Assembly (NCBI RefSeq): GCF_042675605.1
Contig: NZ_JBHTJF010000025.1
Span: 12,944-36,943 of the forward strand
Reading direction: 5' to 3'
Length of the DNA: 24,000 bases
Origin: Savagea faecisuis
GTDB taxonomy: Bacteria; Bacillota; Bacilli; Bacillales_A; Planococcaceae
A program made the position numbers and the translations under genes. This document shows positions 11,586 through 18,139 of the stretch, piece by piece (within the stretch, counting starts at the first letter, position 1; the number at the start of each line of letters is the position of its first letter). Below the pieces are notes generated by a model. It saw only the letters and a program-made list of their open reading frames with translations. It was not told the origin of the DNA and made no database searches.

Positions 11586-11786
11586 CTAATCATTAAATTC
11601 CCAAAATAATTCATCGAATGTTTTATTCAGTGCTTTGCAAATAGATATACAAACAGATAGTGTTGCGTTGTATTTTCCTAATTCAATCAAACCAATCGTT
11701 TGCCTTGTGACCCCAACTTTTTCTGCTAAATCGCCTTGTGACATATCCAATGCGATTCGTGCTGTCTTCATTCGTACATTTTTCAT
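11586..11786 (-). CDS. XRE-family helix-turn-helix transcriptional regulator, 66 aa
   Basis: RIALDMSQGDLAEKVGVTRQTIGLIELGKYNATLSVCISICKAL is a canonical Cro/C1 HTH. Confidence 0.8.
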   Translation of the reverse strand: MKNVRMKTARIALDMSQGDLAEKVGVTRQTIGLIELGKYNATLSVCISICKALNKTFDELFWEFND

Positions 11787-11807
11787 TGCTTATCTTTTTC
11801 CAATTCT

Positions 11808-12086
11808 TCAAGTGTTTTTCCACTTACACGCTCGCTCTTTTCCTTTCGTATTCCTAACTTCTTCCGAAAAGATACCCAAATTTGTCGAACGTACTAGATA
11901 ATAAATCGCCCCAGTAATTAAAATAATCATTTCTGTTCCAAGATTTTCAAATCCACCTTTTCCAAAAATGACTTTCAATACCATACTGCCACTACAAATC
12001 ACTAGCACAAAAACATAAATTTCTCGATAAATTTTGTTTTGCAAATTTGTAATACGCTCATCCTGAATCATTTGACGCTTAAACAT
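11808..12086 (-). CDS. small membrane protein (2 predicted TM), co-oriented upstream of the XRE gene
   Basis: The ORF has two hydrophobic stretches (IYVFVLVICSGSMVLKVIF, MIILITGAIYYLV) and lies 21 nt upstream of the XRE gene. The pairing resembles common Firmicute membrane-protein/XRE two-gene units. Confidence 0.5.
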   Translation of the reverse strand: MFKRQMIQDERITNLQNKIYREIYVFVLVICSGSMVLKVIFGKGGFENLGTEMIILITGAIYYLVRSTNLGIFSEEVRNTKGKERACKWKNT

Positions 12087-12306
12087 ACCTCAACCTCCAT
12101 CTCTCGAATTAACTTTAAATATACAATATACATTGCAAATAAGTTTATCCATTTTTCTATAAAATGAATATTGCAGATGAGAAAGGCCATTAAGAATGTA
12201 CTTCAATGCCCCAATTGTTGAATAAGAAAAATGCACCCAAACCGACGTTTGGGAACATTATCTCCCTTAACGTTGTAAACTCGCATTTTTCTGACGGGAC
12301 GCCAGC

Positions 12307-12618
12307 TTACACAACCATTTTGCCCAAGCGGTTAATGTACCAGACGAGTATGACAATGCCCAATACAATTAAAATAGAAATCATTTGAGCTGCAATTGAG
12401 CCGGCAACTGCTACACCGAACGGCAAAATAAGTGTAAGTACCCCACAAATCATAAGAAAAAGCCCAACTGCTTTAGCTAATTTGTTTTTATCTCCTTTAA
12501 AAGTTTCTTCTTTAAATCCTGCAATGAGTGTAAATTGTTATTTCTTCCATATCATGTAACTAAAAAAGAAAAGCAAACTACTTGTGAAAAGGCAAACTAT
12601 TACCCCACCTATAATCAT
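12307..12618 (-). pseudogene. DUF3784-like small membrane protein interrupted by an in-frame TAA
   Basis: My own translation: RBS GGAGG, then ATG (12618-12616) MIIGGVIVCLFTSSLLFFFSYMIWKK, TAA at codon 27, then in the same frame QFTLIAGFKEETFKGDKNKLAKAVGLFLMICGVLTLILPFGVAVAGSIAAQMISILIVLGIVILVWYINRLGKMVV and a stop. 104 codons in total. Confidence 0.6.
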
Positions 12619-13010
12619 AAAAGAACCTCCTAATTCACTTTAATCAATCAGGACTTAGTCATGAACGTCGTATTTAAAATTTAGAAATCAAATGTATAAA
12701 GAAGAGTTTAATATGTTATTTGGAAGCCTTTGTATAGAAGTGAATCTGTCTTCTGATGAAATCATTTAAAGGATGCTAGGTGATGAGAAAAGTAGCATTG
12801 CTTAATTATAAAGGGTTATCTTTAGAAACCGTTAGAGTATACATTGCAAGAGGAGAATATTTGATTAGCATTTTATAATGTTATAGCCATTCGAAGCTCT
12901 TATTCATTACAAATTTATTATTGAATTTGAAAATGCATATTTTCGTTGAATGCGGATCTAGATAATGATTTTCCCCTATCAAAACGCGATGGTAAAAGAA
13001 AGCTATTCAT

Positions 13011-13050
13011 TTTTAAGATTATACCTTATACTAGGACTATAATCTTAAAA
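13011..13050. promoter_or_regulatory. perfect 13-bp inverted repeat (candidate operator) containing a TATAAT box
   Basis: TTTTAAGATTATA (13011-13023) and TATAATCTTAAAA (13038-13050) are exact reverse complements separated by 14 nt, ending 7 nt before the 13058 ORF. Confidence 0.4.
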
Positions 13051-13057
13051 AGGTTGT

Positions 13058-13360
13058 ATGTCCATGATAATTAATATCAATCCTGATGTGATAGAAACTC
13101 AACTAGTAGGATTTGTTCCCGAGTGTATCATCAATTATTATGCCATTCAGTGTGCGAGCCTTGCAGTATATATGCCTCCAGGTGTTTTAAAACATTTAAA
13201 AAAGCGTGATTATTGGGATGATTTCCTCAAGTACTATCAAGATATACCTAGCATAATTGCAACACCTGATTATGCTGGACAAAATCCAAAAGAACCTAAT
13301 ACGATAGAAATATATAAAGGTTATTTGAGGTGGGAAAGGTTCCCCACGCGCTATCTGTAA
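13058..13360 (+). CDS. hypothetical protein, 100 aa; possibly the N-terminal part of a PBECR/Barnase-EndoU-like phage/ICE nuclease-family protein
   Basis: ORF with a weak RBS. The stretch GVLKHLKKRDYWDDFLKYYQDIPSIIATPDYAGQNPKEPNTIEIYK resembles (from memory only) the H-containing N-terminal region of small PBECR-type proteins. The last ~13 residues look unrelated. Confidence 0.4.
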   Translation: MSMIININPDVIETQLVGFVPECIINYYAIQCASLAVYMPPGVLKHLKKRDYWDDFLKYYQDIPSIIATPDYAGQNPKEPNTIEIYKGYLRWERFPTRYL

Positions 13361-13382
13361 AAATAGTTACCAGAGATCAGGA

Positions 13383-13410
13383 TTGCCGCCCTGCTGATAG
13401 CCTTTATAAT
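13383..13410 (+). promoter_or_regulatory. candidate sigma-A promoter for the RT leader/ncRNA
   Basis: TTGCCG (13383-13388), 16 nt, then TATAAT (13405-13410). A second candidate, TTGTAA (13667-13672), 18 nt, TATAAT (13691-13696), lies nearer the RT. Confidence 0.4.
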
Positions 13411-13545
13411 CAATAAGCCTCGTTCATTTATTATGAAGGAGGTATTTTATATTTTGTACTAGATAGTAAACAACAAAGTGTAAAATTTGCTTTTTATCCA
13501 CTTAAATGGGATAATATAGTTGTTCTGTGAAAATAGTCGCAGAAG

Positions 13546-13557
13546 TGTTGAGTTTCA
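13546..13557 (+). repeat. left copy of a 12-nt direct repeat (TGTTGAGTTTCA)
   Basis: Matches 13696-13707 (TGTAGTGTTTAA) at 10 of 12 positions, at an offset of exactly 150 nt. Confidence 0.5.
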
Positions 13558-13695
13558 CGCTTGTCAAGGTTATAAATATTTATAACCTCAACAAGCAACC
13601 TAGTGAAATCTACCAAGAACAGCACAAGCTGGATCTCTGAAGAAGAACTAGACAAACTTAGCAGCATTGTAATTACCTCCATATGGTAAGTATAA

Positions 13696-13707
13696 TGTAG
13701 TGTTTAA
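13696..13707 (+). repeat. right copy of a 12-nt direct repeat (TGTAGTGTTTAA)
   Basis: See 13546-13557; pattern TGTnGnGTTTnA. Confidence 0.5.
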
Positions 13708-13799
13708 GAACAAGAACTCCGTTTTATACGGGGATAGTGGTCAACAGAGCATTCATCTCGGATGAATGACACCAAATTAGGCTAGGAGGTTTTCTGGTT

Positions 13800-15203
13800 A
13801 TGAATCAGAGTAATGGACCACAACACCAATTACATAACCTCTCTAGCTCTTCTATTATTAAATGGGAGAAGTACAAGACTAAAGGTTATTTGCATTTTGA
13901 TGAACGGATACATATAGGGCATATGAAGGCTAATCTTTTGAATGAAGATTGGGTCGCTTCGTATGCTTTTTTACCGTTTATACATTTTGAGATGAATTCT
14001 AAAAGATATGTAACGATTAAAGAAGTGGATGAATTGGGTCAGGTAATTAAAAGAAAAGAACAAGGGAAGCCTAAAAGCCGTAAAATATTTTATGCTGCCC
14101 ATAAGGATGGCTACATCTATAAATATTATGGTGACTTATTAAACAATGCTTATAATAAATATGCAGTTGACAATCATATTGATGACAGCGTGATAGCATA
14201 TAGAAATAATAAACCAGGAAAAAACAATATTGATTTTGCGTTTGAAGTATTCAATCATCTGTTTAAGTTTGAAAATGCAGTAGTCATCACAAGTGATTTC
14301 ACTAAGTATTTTGATAACATATCACACCAAACATTGAAACAGAATATAGGAAGAGTACTAGGTGTAGAAACCTTAAAACGAGATTGGTATCAAGTATTTA
14401 AGAATCTTACACGATTTACATATGTCGATAGGAAAGATATTGATATGTTTTTAGAAGCAAAGCATGGAAGAACATTGAACAAAAAAATCAAGACATATAA
14501 AATTAATCGAATTATGACTTCAAGTGAATTTAGGACGTTTAAAAAAGAATATTTAAAACATAATCCCAATCCTGATTCTTATGGAATTCCACAAGGATCA
14601 AGTATGAGTGCAGTTTGTTCTAATGTACATCTGATTGACTTTGATAAAGAAGTAATTGACTGGTGCAATAAAAGGTCTGCTAATGCAATGTATAGAAGAT
14701 ATTGTGATGATTTAATAGTAATTATTCCTCTTGAAAGACAAAATACAAGAGAGTTTGAATCAATCCGAAATGAGTTATTTGAAATCATTGATAAATATAA
14801 AAGTGACGGATTAGATGTGCAACCTGAAAAAACAGAAATACGGTTATGGGATGGTGACTATATACTAGATGAGCAATTACAGCCATCTAAATTAGATTAC
14901 TTGGGGTTTGTGACTGATGGACAGATGATTCAATTAAGGGAAAAAAGCCTTTTCAATTATTATACTAGAGCATATCGCAAGGCCAAAACAGTAAAACGTA
15001 TTGAATATGCGACAGGACGACCGGGACCCAAAAGGTCATTGTATGATTTATACACCCATCTGGGATTCGATTACAAAAATCGTGGGAACTTCGTTACTTA
15101 TGCTTATAGAGCACATAGGAAAATGTGTCAGTTGCCAGTGAAGAGTCTGATTAAGAAGCAGGTTAAGAGGCATTGGGGCAAGATACATAGAAGATTAAAT
15201 TAA
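13800..15203 (+). CDS. stand-alone reverse transcriptase (defence-type UG/Abi/DRT-like), 467 aa
   Basis: RT motifs:
- SDFTKYFDNISH (motif A, residues 165-176).
- GIPQGSSMSAVCSNVHL (motif B, residues 262-278).
- RRYCDDLIVI (YxDD box as YCDD, nt 14700-14711).
- KTEI and YLGF (motifs D/E).
There is a ~165-aa N-terminal extension and a ~90-aa basic C-terminal tail. No maturase, endonuclease or other fused domain is recognisable. RBS AGGAGG lies 10 nt upstream of the ATG. Confidence 0.9.
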   Translation: MNQSNGPQHQLHNLSSSSIIKWEKYKTKGYLHFDERIHIGHMKANLLNEDWVASYAFLPFIHFEMNSKRYVTIKEVDELGQVIKRKEQGKPKSRKIFYAAHKDGYIYKYYGDLLNNAYNKYAVDNHIDDSVIAYRNNKPGKNNIDFAFEVFNHLFKFENAVVITSDFTKYFDNISHQTLKQNIGRVLGVETLKRDWYQVFKNLTRFTYVDRKDIDMFLEAKHGRTLNKKIKTYKINRIMTSSEFRTFKKEYLKHNPNPDSYGIPQGSSMSAVCSNVHLIDFDKEVIDWCNKRSANAMYRRYCDDLIVIIPLERQNTREFESIRNELFEIIDKYKSDGLDVQPEKTEIRLWDGDYILDEQLQPSKLDYLGFVTDGQMIQLREKSLFNYYTRAYRKAKTVKRIEYATGRPGPKRSLYDLYTHLGFDYKNRGNFVTYAYRAHRKMCQLPVKSLIKKQVKRHWGKIHRRLN

Positions 15204-15471
15204 ATTTTATTAATACCGAGGGAAAGAAGCCTTAGCAACAGGAAAATCTGACAATTACCTAGGATAAACATTGAATTTGTAATCGGTATTTCTATATGGG
15301 CTAAGACATGGATTGTAATCATTGTAACGACATTATTACTTTAGCCTAACACCACTAAAACATGAAGCACAACTGATCCTAAGTATGATTATAAGTTTTG
15401 GTGGAATAGCAATTTATCTTTGGATCTTGTCTAAAATAGAAAAAGTAAGTGAAAATTGACGATTACAAAGA

Positions 15472-15676
15472 TCGTACGAAGGAGACTTTACCTGCATGAA
15501 GTGCTCGCTCGTTATATTTGAATGGTTAGTGTAGTTGGAGCATTGCTCGTCGTGTTGTTTATTGGTTTAAGTATCCGGATGTTGTCTGTGAAGTGTGCGA
15601 TGGATGAAGAGTTCCGCTAGTGATTTATTGTTAAAGAGAAAGTATCAGTTTCTGAAAACAAAATTGGTGCTTTTCT
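15472..15676 (+). pseudogene. decayed copy of the small membrane-protein gene at 18938-19135 plus its terminator (copy 2 of the repeat)
   Basis: Aligns with 18925-19190. Differences from the intact copy:
- The start is lost (CTGCAT vs ATGAAT).
- CGA is changed to TGA at codon 10.
- A 69-bp in-frame deletion lies between two TTGCTC direct repeats.
- The terminator stem is degenerate. Confidence 0.75.
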
Positions 15677-15803
15677 CGTTTAAGTTTAGCTTTTTCATTA
15701 TTTTAGACATTTCGTGTCGATGGGATTAGGCAAGGAAGAACCATTTTCATTCTGCTCTAAACACTCTACTTTCTTTATTTTCTAAAAATTTAAATAAAAT
15801 CTG

Positions 15804-15832
15804 TTGACATTGTTAAAAAGACAGGATATGAT
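15804..15832 (+). promoter_or_regulatory. sigma-A promoter of the S-box leader
   Basis: TTGACA (15804-15809), 17 nt, then TATGAT (15827-15832). Confidence 0.65.
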
Positions 15833-15860
15833 AACAACTAATTTCATAAATTAACGATAA

Positions 15861-16023
15861 CTCTTATATCGAGAAGCGGAGGGACTGGCCCTGTGAAGCT
15901 TCGGCAACCATTGATTTTTTATCAAACGGTGCCAATTCCAGCAAGGGAAACCTTGGAAGATGAGAGGAGCAGTGCATATTTCGTATGACGCGACCTCTTT
16001 TTATATAGGGGTCGCTTTTTACT
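15861..16023 (+). promoter_or_regulatory. SAM-I (S-box) riboswitch with terminator expression platform
   Basis: CTCTTATATCGAGAAGCGGAGGGACTGGCCCTGTGAAGCTTCGGCAACC...GGTGCCAATTCCAGCAAG...GAAGATGAGAG matches the S-box consensus. A GCGACCTC/GGGGTCGC hairpin plus T-run follows at 15989-16023. Confidence 0.9.
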
Positions 16024-16061
16024 TTTAATGCACGTTCTACATAAAAGAAGGAGGGGTGTTT

Positions 16062-16205
16062 ATGGGAAAAGAAAAGGATGAAGTGCTTGCAATTATTGAA
16101 CAAGCCTTGCAAGAATTGCAGTTTGGAGAGGTTCATATTACCATTCATGAAGGACAAGTTGTGCAAGTTCATCGCACAGAAAAATTTAGAATATCCACGT
16201 CGTAA
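16062..16205 (+). CDS. YezD-like (DUF2292) small protein, 47 aa
   Basis: Not in the ORF track (<60 aa). RBS AAGGAGGGG, then ATG at 16062. The product MGKEKDEVLAIIEQALQELQFGEVHITIHEGQVVQVHRTEKFRISTS fits the G.V.I.vH.gqvvq...tEK.R pattern of YezD proteins, which are commonly linked to sulfur/methionine operons. Confidence 0.65.
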   Translation: MGKEKDEVLAIIEQALQELQFGEVHITIHEGQVVQVHRTEKFRISTS

Positions 16206-16227
16206 GAAGCTGACTAGACAACTAGAG

Positions 16228-16286
16228 GCCTCTTCGTTTGAAGATTTGTGCTCCTAAGCACGTCATCTTCATCGAAGGGGCTTTTT
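16228..16286 (+). terminator. compound hairpin plus T-run between the yezD-like ORF and metQ
   Basis: Outer stem GCCTCTTCG (16228-16236) / CGAAGGGGC (16273-16281) with one mismatch. Inner stems GAAGAT/ATCTTC and GTGCT/AGCAC. TTTTT follows at 16282-16286. The metQ ATG lies 25 nt downstream with no obvious promoter of its own. Confidence 0.5.
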
Positions 16287-16310
16287 ATATGGAGAAAAGG
16301 AGAATGCATA

Positions 16311-17141
16311 ATGAAACAACTACTAACATGGTTCCTCGTATTGAGTACTGTTCTTATATTTACAGGATGTGACGGAGAAGCAAAGGGTGAAACAAATCAA
16401 ACCATTACGATTGGAGCTACAGCTGGTCCATATAGTGATCAATTAAAAGAAGGAATCGCACCGATTTTAAAAGAGAAAGGATTCACGTTAAACATTATTG
16501 AATTTCATGATTATATTCAGCCGAATAATGCATTAGAAGAAGGGGATGTCGATGCGAATTTATTCCAAAACCGTTTATACTTATCGAATTTTAACGAGCA
16601 TCAAGGGACGAAGCTTACTGCGCTTTTTGCTGTCCCGACTGCTCCCATTGCGATGTATTCAAAACGACATCAATCGCTCGACGATCTTGAGCCAGGAATG
16701 ACGATTTCATTACCGAACGATACGGTGAATTTAGCTCGTTCGCTCAATATGTTAGAGAGCTACGGGTGGTTAACAGTTGATCCAAATGTTAACCCGATTA
16801 CAGCCTCTGAAAAAGATGTTATCGATAATCCGTATCATCTAAAGTTGAATCCGTTAGAAGCGGCAGCGACCCCTCGTTCTCTTGAGGATGCTGATTTTGC
16901 TTTCGTCAATGGAAATTATGCGATTGCTTCTGGATTGAAGTTGACAGAAGCAGTGGATGTTGAACAAACATCGGAAGATTTTTTAATTTATTTAACGATT
17001 CGTGAAGGAGAGGAAGATGAGCCGTTCGTTCAAGCATTAAAAGAAGCGTATGAATCGGAAGAATTTTATACTTATACACTAGAACATTCCCAAGGGTACG
17101 TCTTACCTCCATATCAACAAGAACAGGAGGCGAAAAAATGA
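16311..17141 (+). CDS. metQ: methionine ABC transporter substrate-binding lipoprotein (MetQ/NlpA family)
   Basis: ATG at 16311 after AAAAGGAGAA. Lipoprotein signal MKQLLTWFLVLSTVLIFTGC. NlpA-family body (IGATAGPYSD..., FVNGNYA). The stop overlaps the metN start (ATGA). Confidence 0.85.
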   Translation: MKQLLTWFLVLSTVLIFTGCDGEAKGETNQTITIGATAGPYSDQLKEGIAPILKEKGFTLNIIEFHDYIQPNNALEEGDVDANLFQNRLYLSNFNEHQGTKLTALFAVPTAPIAMYSKRHQSLDDLEPGMTISLPNDTVNLARSLNMLESYGWLTVDPNVNPITASEKDVIDNPYHLKLNPLEAAATPRSLEDADFAFVNGNYAIASGLKLTEAVDVEQTSEDFLIYLTIREGEEDEPFVQALKEAYESEEFYTYTLEHSQGYVLPPYQQEQEAKK

Positions 17142-18139
17142 TTGAAGTACGCCAAGTAACGAAACGATACGGTAATGTGCTCGCATTGGATGATGTATCG
17201 GTAACGATTGAACGCGGTGATATTTTTGGCATGATTGGCTACAGTGGAGCAGGGAAAAGTACATTGCTTCGTTGTTTGAATGGATTAGAGCAACCGACTT
17301 CAGGTGAAGTTATTATTGATGGCATCGACATTACAAAAGTATCTAAACGTGCATTGCGTCAAATACGACAAAAAATTGGAATGATTTTTCAACATTTTCA
17401 TCTTATTCAAACAAAAACCGTATACCAAAATGTGGCTTTTTCTATGAAGGTAGCTGGAAAATCAAATGCTGAAATTGCCGAACGTGTGCCAGAACTGTTG
17501 CATCTTGTCGGACTGTCAGATCGAGCGAATCATTACCCTGCTCAACTTTCAGGAGGACAGAAGCAACGAGTGGGAATCGCGCGAGCGTTAGCAAATAATC
17601 CAGATATTTTATTATGCGATGAAGCGACATCCGCTCTCGATCCGACAACTACAGCATCTATTTTGCAGCTTTTAAAGAAAATTAATGAAGAACTCGATAT
17701 TACGATTATTCTCATTACGCACGAAATGGAAGTCGTACAAACGATTTGCCATCGCGTTGCGGTAATGGAAGACGGGAAAATTGTAGAGGAAGGGGATGTG
17801 TATCATATTTTTGCCTCCCCCGAACAGCCACTGACAAAGCAGTTTGTTGATACTGTTCATTCATTAACATTGCCTGCTCGATTGTTAGAGGAGCGGACAG
17901 GAGACATTTTACAATTAACGTTTCGAGGAGATGATGCCGAGCAAGCAATCATTTCAAAGGCGGCAACTCGTTTTGCAGTTGATCTCAATATTTTACATGG
18001 ACAAATTACGTACATTCAAGATCGAGCGCTCGGAACGTTGATTGTCGAGTTGTTAGGTGAACCGAAAGAACGAAAACGGGCGGCGGCTTGGTTAACGGAA
18101 CGAACGAATCGATTGGAGGTGCTCGGCTATGCTAGTTAA
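17138..18139 (+). CDS. metN: methionine ABC transporter ATP-binding protein with C-terminal NIL domain
   Basis: Walker A GYSGAGKST, signature LSGGQKQR, Walker B ILLCDEATSALD, and a C-terminal NIL-type domain (...VDLNILHGQITYIQDRALGTLIVEL). Confidence 0.92.
   Translation: MIEVRQVTKRYGNVLALDDVSVTIERGDIFGMIGYSGAGKSTLLRCLNGLEQPTSGEVIIDGIDITKVSKRALRQIRQKIGMIFQHFHLIQTKTVYQNVAFSMKVAGKSNAEIAERVPELLHLVGLSDRANHYPAQLSGGQKQRVGIARALANNPDILLCDEATSALDPTTTASILQLLKKINEELDITIILITHEMEVVQTICHRVAVMEDGKIVEEGDVYHIFASPEQPLTKQFVDTVHSLTLPARLLEERTGDILQLTFRGDDAEQAIISKAATRFAVDLNILHGQITYIQDRALGTLIVELLGEPKERKRAAAWLTERTNRLEVLGYAS

Larger units (their letters stand above)
13417..13783 (+). ncRNA. candidate RT-associated structured non-coding RNA / long 5' leader (boundaries approximate)
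   Basis: 439 nt between ORFs carry no credible + strand ORF. Visible hairpins:
- Imperfect 17-bp hairpin CTTGTCAAGGTTATAAA/TTTATAACCTCAACAAG (13560-13596).
- CTCCGT/ACGGGG (13717-13733).
- CATTCATC/GATGAATG (13750-13768).
- ATCAGG...CCTGcTGAT (13376-13398, just upstream of the proposed 5' end).
The RT RBS AGGAGG is at 13784-13789. Confidence 0.45.

Noticed and set aside
6880-12305. Inverted match AGCTTGGGGTCCCGTCA (about 6885-6901) against the reverse complement of GACGGGACGCCAGCT (about 12293-12307), as possible IS ends flanking 5.4 kb.
   Set aside because: - The match is only ~16 of 17 positions with a gap.
- Matches of this quality are expected by chance among all pairs in 24 kb.
- The right copy sits just beyond the stop of the DUF3784-like gene, with no transposase C-terminus next to it.
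11635-12388. Plus-strand track ORFs 11635..11901 and 12206..12388.
   Set aside because: Both are antisense shadows of better-supported minus-strand genes (the XRE regulator and membrane protein, and the DUF3784-like pseudogene). Neither has an RBS.
13494-13682. Track ORF (62 aa, minus strand) taken as an ordinary protein-coding gene.
   Set aside because: - It does have GGAGG-8-ATG. However, in the chromosome the only good -35 (TTGACA) lies downstream of the -10.
- The ORF also sits entirely inside the RT leader.
- I treat it as part of the cryptic-gene hypothesis rather than as a conventional CDS. A small antisense-encoded protein remains the alternative explanation.
13361-15203. Retron interpretation of the RT locus (msr/msd upstream of the RT).
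   Set aside because: - I could not find the long a1/a2 inverted repeats that bracket msr-msd.
- The RT has YCDD rather than the usual retron RYADD context and lacks a clear VTG motif.
- It is larger than typical retron RTs, and no effector gene is adjacent.
- This is not fully excluded without a profile search.
13361-15480. Group II intron interpretation of the RT.
   Set aside because: - There is no maturase (X) or endonuclease domain after the RT motifs.
- I see no GUGYG-like 5' boundary.
- There is no recognisable domain V hairpin in the ~270 nt downstream of the ORF.
15864-16172. 102-aa minus-strand track ORF.
   Set aside because: It lies antisense to the SAM riboswitch, its terminator and the yezD-like ORF. 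It has no RBS, and the region is fully explained by + strand features.
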